Below are positions 1-8,890 of a stretch of DNA of 22,741 nucleotides, one piece after another. This DNA is from a virus (lineage: Duplodnaviria; Heunggongvirae; Uroviricota; Caudoviricetes), in the IMG/VR virus record IMGVR_UViG_3300020042_009419, positions 1-22,741 of that record; one strand, given 5' to 3'. The translations under genes were made by a program, and so were the position numbers. The notes beneath the pieces are model-generated. The model was not told where the DNA came from, ran no database searches, and saw nothing but the letters and a program-made list of their open reading frames with translations. Numbering within the stretch: the stretch's first letter is position 1; every line of letters begins with the position of its first letter.

Positions 1-1
1 T

Positions 2-166
2 AGTAGAGAAGCACAGGCCTGGGCCAGCGGGAACGGTATCAAACTAGTTGCTGAACAAATACCAATTGTAAACATAGTAGATCTAGAAAACAAACTGTTC
101 GAATATAGAAAAATGTTATATAGAAATTCTCGAGACAACAATCGAGCACAAATAATTTTACACTAA
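2..166 (+). CDS. 3' end of a hypothetical protein (truncated by the window start)
   Basis: Frame 2 is open from base 2 to TAA at 164-166 (SREAQAWASGNGIKLVAEQ...RAQIILH*) and ends 8 nt before the uvsX ATG. Not in the ORF track because its start lies outside the window. Confidence 0.55.
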   Translation, partial: SREAQAWASGNGIKLVAEQIPIVNIVDLENKLFEYRKMLYRNSRDNNRAQIILH

Positions 167-174
167 GGGTAAGC

Positions 175-1236
175 ATGGCAAAAGCATTTGACGTAAGCAA
201 GTTCCGCAAGGAAATTACAAAAAGCATTGAAGGACTCAGCATTGGCTTCAATGACCCCACAGACTGGGTAAGCACAGGCAACTTTGCACTGAACTACCTA
301 ATCTCAGGATTCTTTGATCGAGGTATTCCATTAGGCAAGGTCACAGTGTTTGCTGGTGAATCTGGTGCAGGCAAGAGTTATATCTGCTCGGGCAACATTA
401 TCAAGAACGCACAAGAGCAAGGTATCTATGTGGTCTTGGTTGACAGCGAAAACGCTCTAGACGAAGCATGGCTCAAGGCACTGGGTGTGGACACCAGCCA
501 AGACAAACTGCTGAAACTGAGCATGAGCATGATTGATGATGTGGCCAAAACAATCTCAACATTCATGCAGGACTACAAGGCCCTGGCCGAAGGCGAACGT
601 CCCAAGGTCATGTTTGTGATTGACAGTCTGGGCATGTTGTTGACACCCACAGACGTCAACCAGTTTGAAGCAGGTGAAATGAAAGGTGACCTTGGTCGTA
701 AACCCAAAGCACTCACAGCCCTGGTTCGTAACTGTGTAAACATGTTTGGTAATTACAATGTGGGCTTGGTGTGTACCAATCATACATATGCAAGTCAAGA
801 CATGTTTGATCCAGACGATAAGATATCCGGTGGTCAAGGATTTATCTACGCCAGTTCAATCGTTGTGGCCATGAAGAAACTCAAGCTCAAAGAAGATGAA
901 GATGGCAACAAGGTGTCTGAAGTCAACGGTATCCGTGCGTCATGCAAGATCATGAAAACACGTTATTCAAAACCTTTTGAAGGTGTGCAGGTCAAGATTC
1001 CGTACACAACAGGCATGAGTCCGTATTCGGGCTTGACTGATCTAGCTGAGAAAAAAGGTATCCTTAAAAAGGATGGCAATAGACTGGCATTCACTATACA
1101 GGACACAGGCGAAATTATCAAGTATTTCCGCAAGGCCTGGGAAGCCAACGAAGATGGCTGTCTTGACAAGGTCATGGCAGATTTTGCCAAGATCAAAGAT
1201 GAGGTCGTTACAGCAGAAGAAGGAGACGAAGCATGA
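175..1236 (+). CDS. uvsX: RecA-like recombinase, T4 UvsX type
   Basis: Walker A AGESGAGKS, VLVDSENALD, Walker B region MFVIDSLG, NHTY and SGGQGFIYASS motifs of the RecA family; 353 aa; uvsY-like gene nearby. Confidence 0.93.
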   Translation: MAKAFDVSKFRKEITKSIEGLSIGFNDPTDWVSTGNFALNYLISGFFDRGIPLGKVTVFAGESGAGKSYICSGNIIKNAQEQGIYVVLVDSENALDEAWLKALGVDTSQDKLLKLSMSMIDDVAKTISTFMQDYKALAEGERPKVMFVIDSLGMLLTPTDVNQFEAGEMKGDLGRKPKALTALVRNCVNMFGNYNVGLVCTNHTYASQDMFDPDDKISGGQGFIYASSIVVAMKKLKLKEDEDGNKVSEVNGIRASCKIMKTRYSKPFEGVQVKIPYTTGMSPYSGLTDLAEKKGILKKDGNRLAFTIQDTGEIIKYFRKAWEANEDGCLDKVMADFAKIKDEVVTAEEGDEA

Positions 1237-1502
1237 GCGAAACAGTAGCAAGCGAAATCTGGGGAGAACTCAAGCGTTATGTGAACACTGTGGATCGTGA
1301 CGAAGCAGCAGAAGCTGTGGTTGCAATCTTGATTGACAATGATTCGGATGTGGATGATATTCGTGCTGCCTTCAAGAACGATGTGGATATCAAACGTGCG
1401 CTCACTGCTTATCTTGACAACGACAAAGACTATGTGGATCCCGAAGATGAAGATCCTGAAGAAGATAGCGACACCACAGATGATGACCGCTGGGAAAACT
1501 GA
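1233..1502 (+). CDS. Small hypothetical protein with highly acidic C-terminal tail
   Basis: 89 aa; ATGA overlap with the uvsX stop and TGATG coupling to the next gene; AAGGAG upstream; 16 of the last 29 residues are D/E. Confidence 0.8.
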   Translation: MSETVASEIWGELKRYVNTVDRDEAAEAVVAILIDNDSDVDDIRAAFKNDVDIKRALTAYLDNDKDYVDPEDEDPEEDSDTTDDDRWEN

Positions 1503-1954
1503 TGTGGTATAGTCAAGTGGCTGCGGATCTGGGCAAGATCCCAGACTTCATGGCACACTATGATCGTGAGCTCACGGATGCCAAACGAGATTGCCGAATT
1601 GGCGGCATTGTTGAGAACAACATCAAGCTGCTTCCGGGCATAACTGAACAGAGATTCTATCAGCTTCAAGAAGTAGAAGCTGTGTTGAATCTGCTGAACA
1701 TTCAACTGCGCAAGATTCGTCGCAAGCACTTTCAAAAGTATCTGGAAGGTTACAATCGTGCTCTCAGCAGCAGAGATGCTGAAAAGTATGTGGACGGCGA
1801 AGATGAAGTGATTGACTTTGAAACCATTATCAATGAAGTGGCCCTGCTGCGTAATCGCTGGCTGGGTATCATGAAGGCACTAGAAAGCAAGAACTTCATG
1901 CTGGGTCACATTGTTAGACTACGAGCAGCTGGTATGGAAGATATTCAAGTTTAA
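1502..1954 (+). CDS. uvsY: UvsY-like recombination mediator protein
   Basis: 150 aa, predominantly helical, with KYLEGYNRALSSRDAEKYVDGE and C-terminal KNFMLGHIVRLRAAGMEDI resembling the UvsY family; located in the uvsX operon. Confidence 0.75.
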   Translation: MWYSQVAADLGKIPDFMAHYDRELTDAKRDCRIGGIVENNIKLLPGITEQRFYQLQEVEAVLNLLNIQLRKIRRKHFQKYLEGYNRALSSRDAEKYVDGEDEVIDFETIINEVALLRNRWLGIMKALESKNFMLGHIVRLRAAGMEDIQV

Positions 1955-1962
1955 GGAAATTA

Positions 1963-3057
1963 ATGAGTTATTTGTTTACAAGTGAATCGGTGTCAGAAGG
2001 GCACCCAGATAAGATTGCAGATGCAATCAGCGATACAGTACTAGATCTTGTGATGGCCAAACAGGATTCTGCACTAAGATGTGCATGCGAAACCTTGGTA
2101 ACTACCAATCGTGTGGTGATTGCTGGAGAATACAAAGGTGTATTACAGTCTGAAGATGTTGATGTTGCTGTGCGAAGTGTTATTAAAGAAATTGGATATG
2201 AGCAATCGGGATTTGATTGGCGCACAGTAGAAATCACAAACTTGCTACATGGGCAAAGTGCTGACATTGCACTTGGCACAGATTCGTTTGGTGCCGGAGA
2301 TCAAGGCCTGATGTTTGGGTATGCCTGTAATGAAACTGCAAATTATATGCCCGCAGCCATTTACTGGAGCCATCGCATTGTTGAACAACTGACAGAAGTG
2401 CGCAAAACTCAGGTGGTTGATTGGCTAGGACCTGACGCTAAATCACAAGTCACATTTGAATATCATGATGACGGCACACCTGTACGTATAGCCAAGATCG
2501 TGTGCAGTACTCAACACAGTGATTTGGTGGATATTGATCATGTTCGACTAACAGTGAAAAATATTATTCTTGGTATATTGCCTACAAAATACATTGATAA
2601 TTCCACAGAGTTTTATATCAATCCCACAGGACGCTTTGTCATTGGCGGACCCGATGGGGATACAGGATTAACTGGACGCAAAATTATTGTGGACACATAC
2701 GGTGGATCTTGCCCACACGGTGGCGGCGCTTTTAGTGGCAAAGACCCCACCAAGGTAGATCGCAGTGCAGCCTACATGATGCGTTATCTTGCCAAGAATA
2801 TTGTGGCCAGCGGCCAGGCCACCCGTGCCACATGTCAGATCAGTTATGCAATTGGAGTTGAGCAACCCATGAGCTTTTATGTACAAAGTGATGGCAATAG
2901 TCAAGCAATTACTGATTGGGTACAAAACAATGTGGACCTAACCCCTGCAGGAATTATCAAGAGATTTGATTTGTTCCGTCCAATTTATGGATCAACTACC
3001 AATTATGGACACTTTGGCAAAGACTATTTGCCGTGGGAAAAACTAGACCTGATCTAA
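1963..3057 (+). CDS. metK: S-adenosylmethionine synthetase
   Basis: Signature motifs FTSESVSEGHPDK, GAGDQG, GRFVIGGP.GDTGLTGRKIIVDTYGG, HGGGAFSGKDPTKVDRSAAY, YGHFG; AAGGA upstream. Confidence 0.97.
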   Translation: MSYLFTSESVSEGHPDKIADAISDTVLDLVMAKQDSALRCACETLVTTNRVVIAGEYKGVLQSEDVDVAVRSVIKEIGYEQSGFDWRTVEITNLLHGQSADIALGTDSFGAGDQGLMFGYACNETANYMPAAIYWSHRIVEQLTEVRKTQVVDWLGPDAKSQVTFEYHDDGTPVRIAKIVCSTQHSDLVDIDHVRLTVKNIILGILPTKYIDNSTEFYINPTGRFVIGGPDGDTGLTGRKIIVDTYGGSCPHGGGAFSGKDPTKVDRSAAYMMRYLAKNIVASGQATRATCQISYAIGVEQPMSFYVQSDGNSQAITDWVQNNVDLTPAGIIKRFDLFRPIYGSTTNYGHFGKDYLPWEKLDLI

Positions 3058-3065
3058 TCAGTGTT

Positions 3066-3071
3066 TAAATA
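3066..3071 (+). promoter_or_regulatory. Putative T4-type late promoter core (TAAATA) 5 nt before the ATG at 3077
   Basis: TAAATA lies in the 19-nt intergenic gap and matches the core of the T4 late consensus TATAAATA; the same TAAATA-N5-ATG geometry occurs at 10497-10484 on the minus strand. Confidence 0.55.
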
Positions 3072-3076
3072 CAAGT

Positions 3077-3835
3077 ATGAAAATTGTACTTGTAACTGGG
3101 GGATTTGATCCCTTACACTCTGGACATATCTCCTATCTAGCAGCAGCCCGCCAACTTGGTGATCGGCTGGTAGTGGGAGTAAATTCTGACTCATGGTTGA
3201 GCCGTAAAAAAGGTCGACCGTTTATGCCTGCAGTTGAGCGTGTGGCAGTGATAGAAAATCTACGCATGGTAGATCACTGTATCCTGTTCAACGACGATGA
3301 CGGATCCGGAATTGAAGCCATACGCAATGTGCAGATGTTGTATCCCAAGGATGAAATCATCTTTGCCAACGGCGGTGATCGCACAGCAGTCAATATTCCT
3401 GAAATGGTGGTGCAAGATGTGGTTTTCAAATTCGGAGTAGGCGGCGACGATAAACAGAATAGTAGCAGCTGGATTCTGGAAGAGTGGAAAGCCCCAAAGA
3501 CTCAACGAGCCTGGGGCTACTATCGTGTGCTGCACGAAGTTGATAACCATGTCAAACTCAAAGAACTTACTGTGATGCCGGGTCAGCGACTCAGTATGCA
3601 ACGACACTCAAGTCGTGCAGAGTTCTGGTTTGTGGCCCAAGGTGAAGCCACTGTTTACACAGTGGATCCTCACAGCACTGAATATGAGTTGATGGCAAGT
3701 CCTGCACGGCATCAATCCACCTGGATAAAATTAAATGAGTGGCACCAGTTGTGCAACGAAACTGATCAACCGCTAAAACTGATTGAAATACAGTACGGCG
3801 AAAACTGCGCAGAAACGGACATAGAACGAAAATGA
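3077..3835 (+). CDS. HxGH nucleotidyltransferase (TagD/RfaE-like) fused to a type II phosphomannose isomerase-like cupin domain
   Basis: N-terminal VTGGFDPLHSGH, VVGVNSD, ANGGDR; C-terminal RAWGYYRVL, KELTVMPGQRLSMQRH, HQLCN, IEIQYG, TDIER. Confidence 0.85.
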   Translation: MKIVLVTGGFDPLHSGHISYLAAARQLGDRLVVGVNSDSWLSRKKGRPFMPAVERVAVIENLRMVDHCILFNDDDGSGIEAIRNVQMLYPKDEIIFANGGDRTAVNIPEMVVQDVVFKFGVGGDDKQNSSSWILEEWKAPKTQRAWGYYRVLHEVDNHVKLKELTVMPGQRLSMQRHSSRAEFWFVAQGEATVYTVDPHSTEYELMASPARHQSTWIKLNEWHQLCNETDQPLKLIEIQYGENCAETDIERK

Positions 3836-4524
3836 CAAACATCATACCAGTTTTTGTGGGCTACGATCCCAGAGAAGCCATAGCATATCATGTGTGCGTG
3901 AACTCAATAATTAGACACGCCAGTCAACCAGTCAGCATTATTCCCTTGGCTCTAAATCTGTTCCGCGACTACACAGAAACACACACAGATGGCAGCAATC
4001 AGTTTATCTACAGTCGTTTCCTGGTACCGCACCTGATGAACTACACCGGGCATGCTATCTTCATAGATGGTGACATGATTGTGCGTGGAGACATTGCTGA
4101 ATTGTGGAACCTGCGTAATGCTGCACAAGATGTGCAAGTGGTCAAACATGATTATCAAACACGCATGAGTGAAAAATACCTAGGATCAAAAAATGAAAAC
4201 TATCCTCGCAAGAATTGGAGTAGTGTTATTTTGTGGAATTGTAATAGCTTTCCTAACCGGCGACTTACTCCCGAGTTTGTCCAACGAGCCACAGGTGCCG
4301 AGCTACACCGTTTCTCGTGGATAGATGATGCTCGCATTGGCGAACTACCTAAAGAATGGAATTGGTTGGATGTGGAATACGAATGGAACCCAATGGCAAA
4401 ACTGGTTCATTACACACTGGGAACTCCTTGCTTCCATGAGTTTGCTGATCAAGGTGACTTTTCGGATGAGTGGCATCGAGAGCGTATCTTTACAGAATAC
4501 TGTCAACAGCGTGATATAAAATGA
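3832..4524 (+). CDS. GT-A fold glycosyltransferase, GT8-like / plant CDI-like
   Basis: IPVFVGYDPRE, FIYSRFLVP, DxD motif FIDGDM, YPRKNWSSVILWN, LHRFSW, LVHYTLGTP. Confidence 0.8.
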   Translation: MTNIIPVFVGYDPREAIAYHVCVNSIIRHASQPVSIIPLALNLFRDYTETHTDGSNQFIYSRFLVPHLMNYTGHAIFIDGDMIVRGDIAELWNLRNAAQDVQVVKHDYQTRMSEKYLGSKNENYPRKNWSSVILWNCNSFPNRRLTPEFVQRATGAELHRFSWIDDARIGELPKEWNWLDVEYEWNPMAKLVHYTLGTPCFHEFADQGDFSDEWHRERIFTEYCQQRDIK

Positions 4525-5510
4525 TCGATCAAGAACCATTGGATGATGACTGGGTAGAATCGCCTGCACCACCGGTGCCTTTGAGCATATTTGATCAAGC
4601 ACCACCGGACGTCACAGTACTGTTCGAAAACATTCTGAAATACCGTGTGGACCCGGCAGGACTGGTGTATGGTATTACCTTGCCGCTGCTGACACAACAA
4701 CTGGCTGCATTGCCTGTCAACAACATAGTGAGTACCGACAGTGAATACAGATACGAAAGAAAAGGTCACATGTACGATCCCATACTACAAAGTTTTGTGC
4801 AAGGTGCTGGTGGTCAAATCAGCAGCTGGAGTCGAGAAGAATTCACAGCCACTCCGGTGGTACTGCGTGGCATTACCAAACGCAAGCAAATGCAGGCCTG
4901 TAAAGATGCCGGCCGCGATTTTTACTACATTGACACAGGATATTTTGGCAACGGTAAGAAAAAAACGTTTCATCGCATTACTCGAAATGATGTACAATGG
5001 TTTGGTGACATTGTGGAACGACCCGGAGACAGATTTAGCAATACTGGGGTGCAAATTAAAAAAATGCGAAGAGGAACAAATATCCTGATTGCTCCGCCCA
5101 GTCAAAAACTTCTGAACAACTATGATATTGTGCTAGAAGAGTGGTTGGCCAATGTACAAGAAGAAATCAAAAAGTATTCTGATCGCCCTGTGGTGATTCG
5201 CGCCAAACAAGGTCGTAGTACCAGGGTCAACGATGACACCATGGAAATGGCCCTGGATCGTGATGTACACTGTTTGGTCACGTTTAGTAGTATTGCAGCT
5301 GGAGAAGCTCTGTTGTACGGTAAACCGGCTATCACACTAGGTCCCAACGCCGCCGGACCCTTGTGCAGTCAAAGTCTCAGCGCAATTGAAAATCCACGTA
5401 TTCCCAGTCTAGATGAAGTCACAGCCTGGGCACATCATTTGGCCTATTGTCAGTTTACTGAACTGGAGATGCGTGATGGCACAGCATGGCGGATCCTGAA
5501 CAATGGTTGA
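4521..5510 (+). CDS. Capsule-polysaccharide-synthesis (KpsS-like) putative glycosyltransferase, paralog 1
   Basis: YYIDTGYFG, NILIAPP, DRPVVIR, VHCLVTFSSIAAGEALLYGKP, WAHHLAYCQF; the motif series is shared with three other ORFs in the cluster. Confidence 0.6.
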   Translation: MIDQEPLDDDWVESPAPPVPLSIFDQAPPDVTVLFENILKYRVDPAGLVYGITLPLLTQQLAALPVNNIVSTDSEYRYERKGHMYDPILQSFVQGAGGQISSWSREEFTATPVVLRGITKRKQMQACKDAGRDFYYIDTGYFGNGKKKTFHRITRNDVQWFGDIVERPGDRFSNTGVQIKKMRRGTNILIAPPSQKLLNNYDIVLEEWLANVQEEIKKYSDRPVVIRAKQGRSTRVNDDTMEMALDRDVHCLVTFSSIAAGEALLYGKPAITLGPNAAGPLCSQSLSAIENPRIPSLDEVTAWAHHLAYCQFTELEMRDGTAWRILNNG

Positions 5511-6426
5511 TGTGGTTGTGTATGCATCCAGTGTGGCCAATGCACACAAACATGAGCGCAAGGTAGCATGCCTTGAAAATTTTGCTCAAGGTGTACGAGC
5601 TCTTGGACACAGTGTGGTTGTGGACTGGGACTATAGATACCAGCCCGCAAAGCTGGCAGTGATGCTGGGCTGGGCCACAACAAACACAGGTGGCAGAAAT
5701 ATCACACTGCGAAAACAAGTCATCGCTGAACAACAAAGACATGGGTTTCGTACCATGTGCATTGATGCCAGTTGCTTCAAGTACCTGGACAACTCAGGCA
5801 CATATCTTCGATACAGTCTTGGCGGCCCGTTTTATGATCGTGCCGAGTATGCTAACCGTAACAGTGATTCCACCAAGTGGCAAGAGATACAGCATCAGCT
5901 GGGCATCACAATGCGTCCAACTCGATTCCGTGATGGCTATATTCTAATAGGCATGCAACGTGATGGTGGATTTAGTATGAAAACTTTGAGTCCATTGGCC
6001 TGGCTGGTCAACAAAATTCAAGAAATACGAAAGTACACCACACGAGAGATTGTGATACGACCACATCCTGGCAAGTTCGACATGGCAGATTTTACCAAGT
6101 TTCAACACAAAGAATATGTCAGACAACATGTGCGGGTGATAAATCCACTTGAATCAACTCTGCTGGAGAATTTACAATTGGCCCATGCAGCAGTATTTTT
6201 CAACAGCAGTGCCAGTGTTGCTGCTGTGCTAGAAGGTGTGCCGGTCTGGGTGGATGATGCCAGTGCAGTCACCTGGGCAGTAGCACATCATGACATGAGC
6301 ACTATTGAATCGCCGCAACAGTTTAGCACAGGCCAGTGGATACATGATCTAGCAACAGCACACTGGAGTGACCAGGATGGCAAAGCTGGTCTCATTTATC
6401 AAAAGTTTATGCCTTTTCTACAATAA
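5503..6426 (+). CDS. KpsS-like putative glycosyltransferase, paralog 2
   Basis: ILIGMQ, REIVIRPHP, HAAVFFNSSASVAAVLEGVPV, WIHDLA; 8-nt overlap with the upstream gene. Confidence 0.6.
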   Translation: MVDVVVYASSVANAHKHERKVACLENFAQGVRALGHSVVVDWDYRYQPAKLAVMLGWATTNTGGRNITLRKQVIAEQQRHGFRTMCIDASCFKYLDNSGTYLRYSLGGPFYDRAEYANRNSDSTKWQEIQHQLGITMRPTRFRDGYILIGMQRDGGFSMKTLSPLAWLVNKIQEIRKYTTREIVIRPHPGKFDMADFTKFQHKEYVRQHVRVINPLESTLLENLQLAHAAVFFNSSASVAAVLEGVPVWVDDASAVTWAVAHHDMSTIESPQQFSTGQWIHDLATAHWSDQDGKAGLIYQKFMPFLQ

Positions 6427-6967
6427 TATCGTAGTTGTGTCCCACAACGTTGGGCCACTTGTGACTTTTGTCAAACACAGAGATCTCTTGTGACACAATG
6501 GTGATATCCATGTTGGCAAGTAATTGTTCTCGCCACCATGCGGGTGACTCCACAATCAAGTGAGCATTACGGCCATCTGGTAGATGTTTTTTTGCAGGAT
6601 AACAGGCAATTCTAAACCAACCTGCAACGATCATCTTGTTGCTGATCATGTGTAATGTTTCCGCTAGATGGTTGGGCTCAATGTGTTCAAACACATCTGC
6701 ACTGACCACAGCATCAAATGATCTTTTTGGCACACAATTATGATCAGCGTTACCCGGATCATAACCTTCCACACGCATGTCAGGATAGGCCTGTTGTATG
6801 CTAGTCATCAGAGCACCGTGTCCGCATCCAAAGTCTAACACACTGGTGGGTTGATACTGTGTGAGGAATGGTTGTATTTTACCAAAAATTTTGCTACCTC
6901 TAACAAATTGTCCCTTGCTGTGCATTTCAGACAATTGGGCTTGATATGTTTTATCTATTATGGTCAT
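6407..6967 (-). CDS. Class I SAM-dependent methyltransferase
   Basis: VLDFGCGHG, GYDPG, FDAVVSADVFEHIEP, PAKKHLPDGRNAH. Confidence 0.85.
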   Translation of the reverse strand: MTIIDKTYQAQLSEMHSKGQFVRGSKIFGKIQPFLTQYQPTSVLDFGCGHGALMTSIQQAYPDMRVEGYDPGNADHNCVPKRSFDAVVSADVFEHIEPNHLAETLHMISNKMIVAGWFRIACYPAKKHLPDGRNAHLIVESPAWWREQLLANMDITIVSQEISVFDKSHKWPNVVGHNYDIIVEKA

Positions 6968-7617
6968 TGATAAATTGCCTCCACGTATTGGTATTTGCCG
7001 CTCCAGCTATCTGGAACATCTTTCCAGTGACCATTTAACTGATCATCCATCCACTCAGGATAGTGTGAGCGATCCTTGAACCACCAGAACAGATCACTGC
7101 TGCTCCAGTTCTTGAAGTATCTCTGAAAGAATTCACGTGTTCTTGGCTCACGAAAGTGCTCAGGATCATACATGGTTTTTTTGCCCTTGGCAGGACGCTG
7201 AAAATTCAAGCCAACAAAACAAAACTTAGCAGCGTATGATTCCAGCTGTGCTGCAACCCAATTCAAATCATCGTCTGGAATACTGTTCAGCACCTGTGTG
7301 CAAATAACACCGTCAAACTTTGTGCCTGCAGGTGGTGGTGTTTCTAATCCTGCCACACAAGGATCATACCGATACACACTAACACCCAGGTAAGCATCAA
7401 ACGTTTGCCAATTGTGTTCTCCAGCATAGGGTAGCGGTTCAGTGTATTGCTGTCCCTTGCCGCAGCCGTAATCAAGTATGGTTTGCGCACCATAGTGATC
7501 CACTAGGTCCTTGACACAATTTTGATATTTGACCACATCATAGCCTGCCCAACTTTTGTTGCTCTCCTGGAACTCACGACCTAGACGAACTGATTCTGCA
7601 TAGTACGCACTTGTCAT
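6964..7617 (-). CDS. Class I SAM-dependent methyltransferase (paralog of 6407-6967)
   Basis: ILDYGCGKG, YRYDP, FDGVICTQVL; 4-nt overlaps at both ends. Confidence 0.8.
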   Translation of the reverse strand: MTSAYYAESVRLGREFQESNKSWAGYDVVKYQNCVKDLVDHYGAQTILDYGCGKGQQYTEPLPYAGEHNWQTFDAYLGVSVYRYDPCVAGLETPPPAGTKFDGVICTQVLNSIPDDDLNWVAAQLESYAAKFCFVGLNFQRPAKGKKTMYDPEHFREPRTREFFQRYFKNWSSSDLFWWFKDRSHYPEWMDDQLNGHWKDVPDSWSGKYQYVEAIYQ

Positions 7618-8249
7618 AGCAACTTGATCTCTACTGTGGCACGTTTTTTACCCCCAGCGTTTGAAACAACATTCACAACTTCAAACCCATCTACACCAAT
7701 GTAGTTTGTTGCTGTGCCCTTGCATCTAATGTCCAAGATGATTCTGGTATTCTTGTGCGAATGTTTTTTCATCAACTCTATGTAGGTTTTTACAGGATAG
7801 TGATGTCCGCAACTGAGCCATGATGTGATAACATCAAATTTAACATCACTGGGTATGTTGATGTTGTTGGCATCTACTAGATGGTAGTTCTTTGTGCCTA
7901 GTTCTTGTAGTTTGGCATCCAAGAAATCAAATGTGTGATAAAACTTTAGTTCACTGGGATCAGTGTTCCAGTTGCCGTAACTGGCAGTGTCAGATTTGGT
8001 AGCGTTGGTACTAGCGTCACCATCCAACAACCAAAGTTCTGTACCGTATTTTTCATTAAACCATCGGCTTTGCCACGCAAAGCCACAGCCAATGTCCAAC
8101 AGTCGCCCTATGGGTTGATTGAGATAAGCATCTACTATCTCAAAACTTGCTCGATGTTTGGCAATATATCTATCCTTGGTCCATTTAACAGCCCATGCCG
8201 CAGAATCTTTGGCACCCTTATCAATATTGTCAGTTGTGTTTAGTTCCAT
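7614..8249 (-). CDS. Class I SAM-dependent methyltransferase
   Basis: LLDIGCG, LWLLDG, FDVITSWLSCGHHYP. Start placed at the ATG at 8249 (MELNTT), overlapping the upstream stop by 10 nt, instead of the track's 8261. Confidence 0.75.
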   Translation of the reverse strand: MELNTTDNIDKGAKDSAAWAVKWTKDRYIAKHRASFEIVDAYLNQPIGRLLDIGCGFAWQSRWFNEKYGTELWLLDGDASTNATKSDTASYGNWNTDPSELKFYHTFDFLDAKLQELGTKNYHLVDANNINIPSDVKFDVITSWLSCGHHYPVKTYIELMKKHSHKNTRIILDIRCKGTATNYIGVDGFEVVNVVSNAGGKKRATVEIKLL

Positions 8250-8890
8250 CCCATAATCCAATCATCTCTAATTTGATCTAGCTTGATCATGCCCCATTCT
8301 TTCAACAGGCCAACAGCCGCAAACTGGCCGTATTGTTTGCTGTAAGCATCATGTGGTTTTTGTTCTATTACCACAACAGGTCTGCAACGTCGAATAGTTT
8401 GTTCCGCACCTTGCAGTATGCGATACTCGTATCCTTCGCAGTCAATTTTGATATAGTTTATGTCATGCAAGTTTAGATTGTCAAGCCGAACCACTTGCAC
8501 ATCGCCTGCGCCCATGGTAGCAGGGTCAAGATGACTGTGCCCCGAATTGTCTTCGGTAATGATCATGGTTCCCATGGTGTCCTGATCGCCCAGCGCAATG
8601 GGACGAACTTCAAAGTTTTCCCCGGTTACATTGCGTTCAAGACATTCTCTAAACACAGCAACAGGTTCAAAGGCAATCACACGGGCAAAACTTTTCACAA
8701 GGTCACGACTCCATAAACCCACGTTGGCACCAATGTCTAGTGCCACATCTCGTTGAGTGCATAATTCAATACTGCGTTGTCGCACAGCAATTTGATATTC
8801 AGCTGGTAGACCTTTGTCTACACTTTTCTTCAACATCCGTGGTAAGTGTGTTTCGAAGTCGGGAAATTGCCATCCATAGTGTTCACGCAT
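8240..8890 (-). CDS. FkbM-family methyltransferase
   Basis: VALDIGANVGLW, VIAFEP, VRLDNL, IKIDCEGYEYRILQGA, PVVVIE. Confidence 0.9.
   Translation of the reverse strand: MREHYGWQFPDFETHLPRMLKKSVDKGLPAEYQIAVRQRSIELCTQRDVALDIGANVGLWSRDLVKSFARVIAFEPVAVFRECLERNVTGENFEVRPIALGDQDTMGTMIITEDNSGHSHLDPATMGAGDVQVVRLDNLNLHDINYIKIDCEGYEYRILQGAEQTIRRCRPVVVIEQKPHDAYSKQYGQFAAVGLLKEWGMIKLDQIRDDWIMGWN

Noticed and set aside
39-1300. Short alternative ORFs over uvsX (39-281, 556-837, 963-1196, 1042-1251, 1073-1300)
   Set aside because: They overlap a highly conserved gene and have no independent support. The same applies to the other short nested ORFs in the track.
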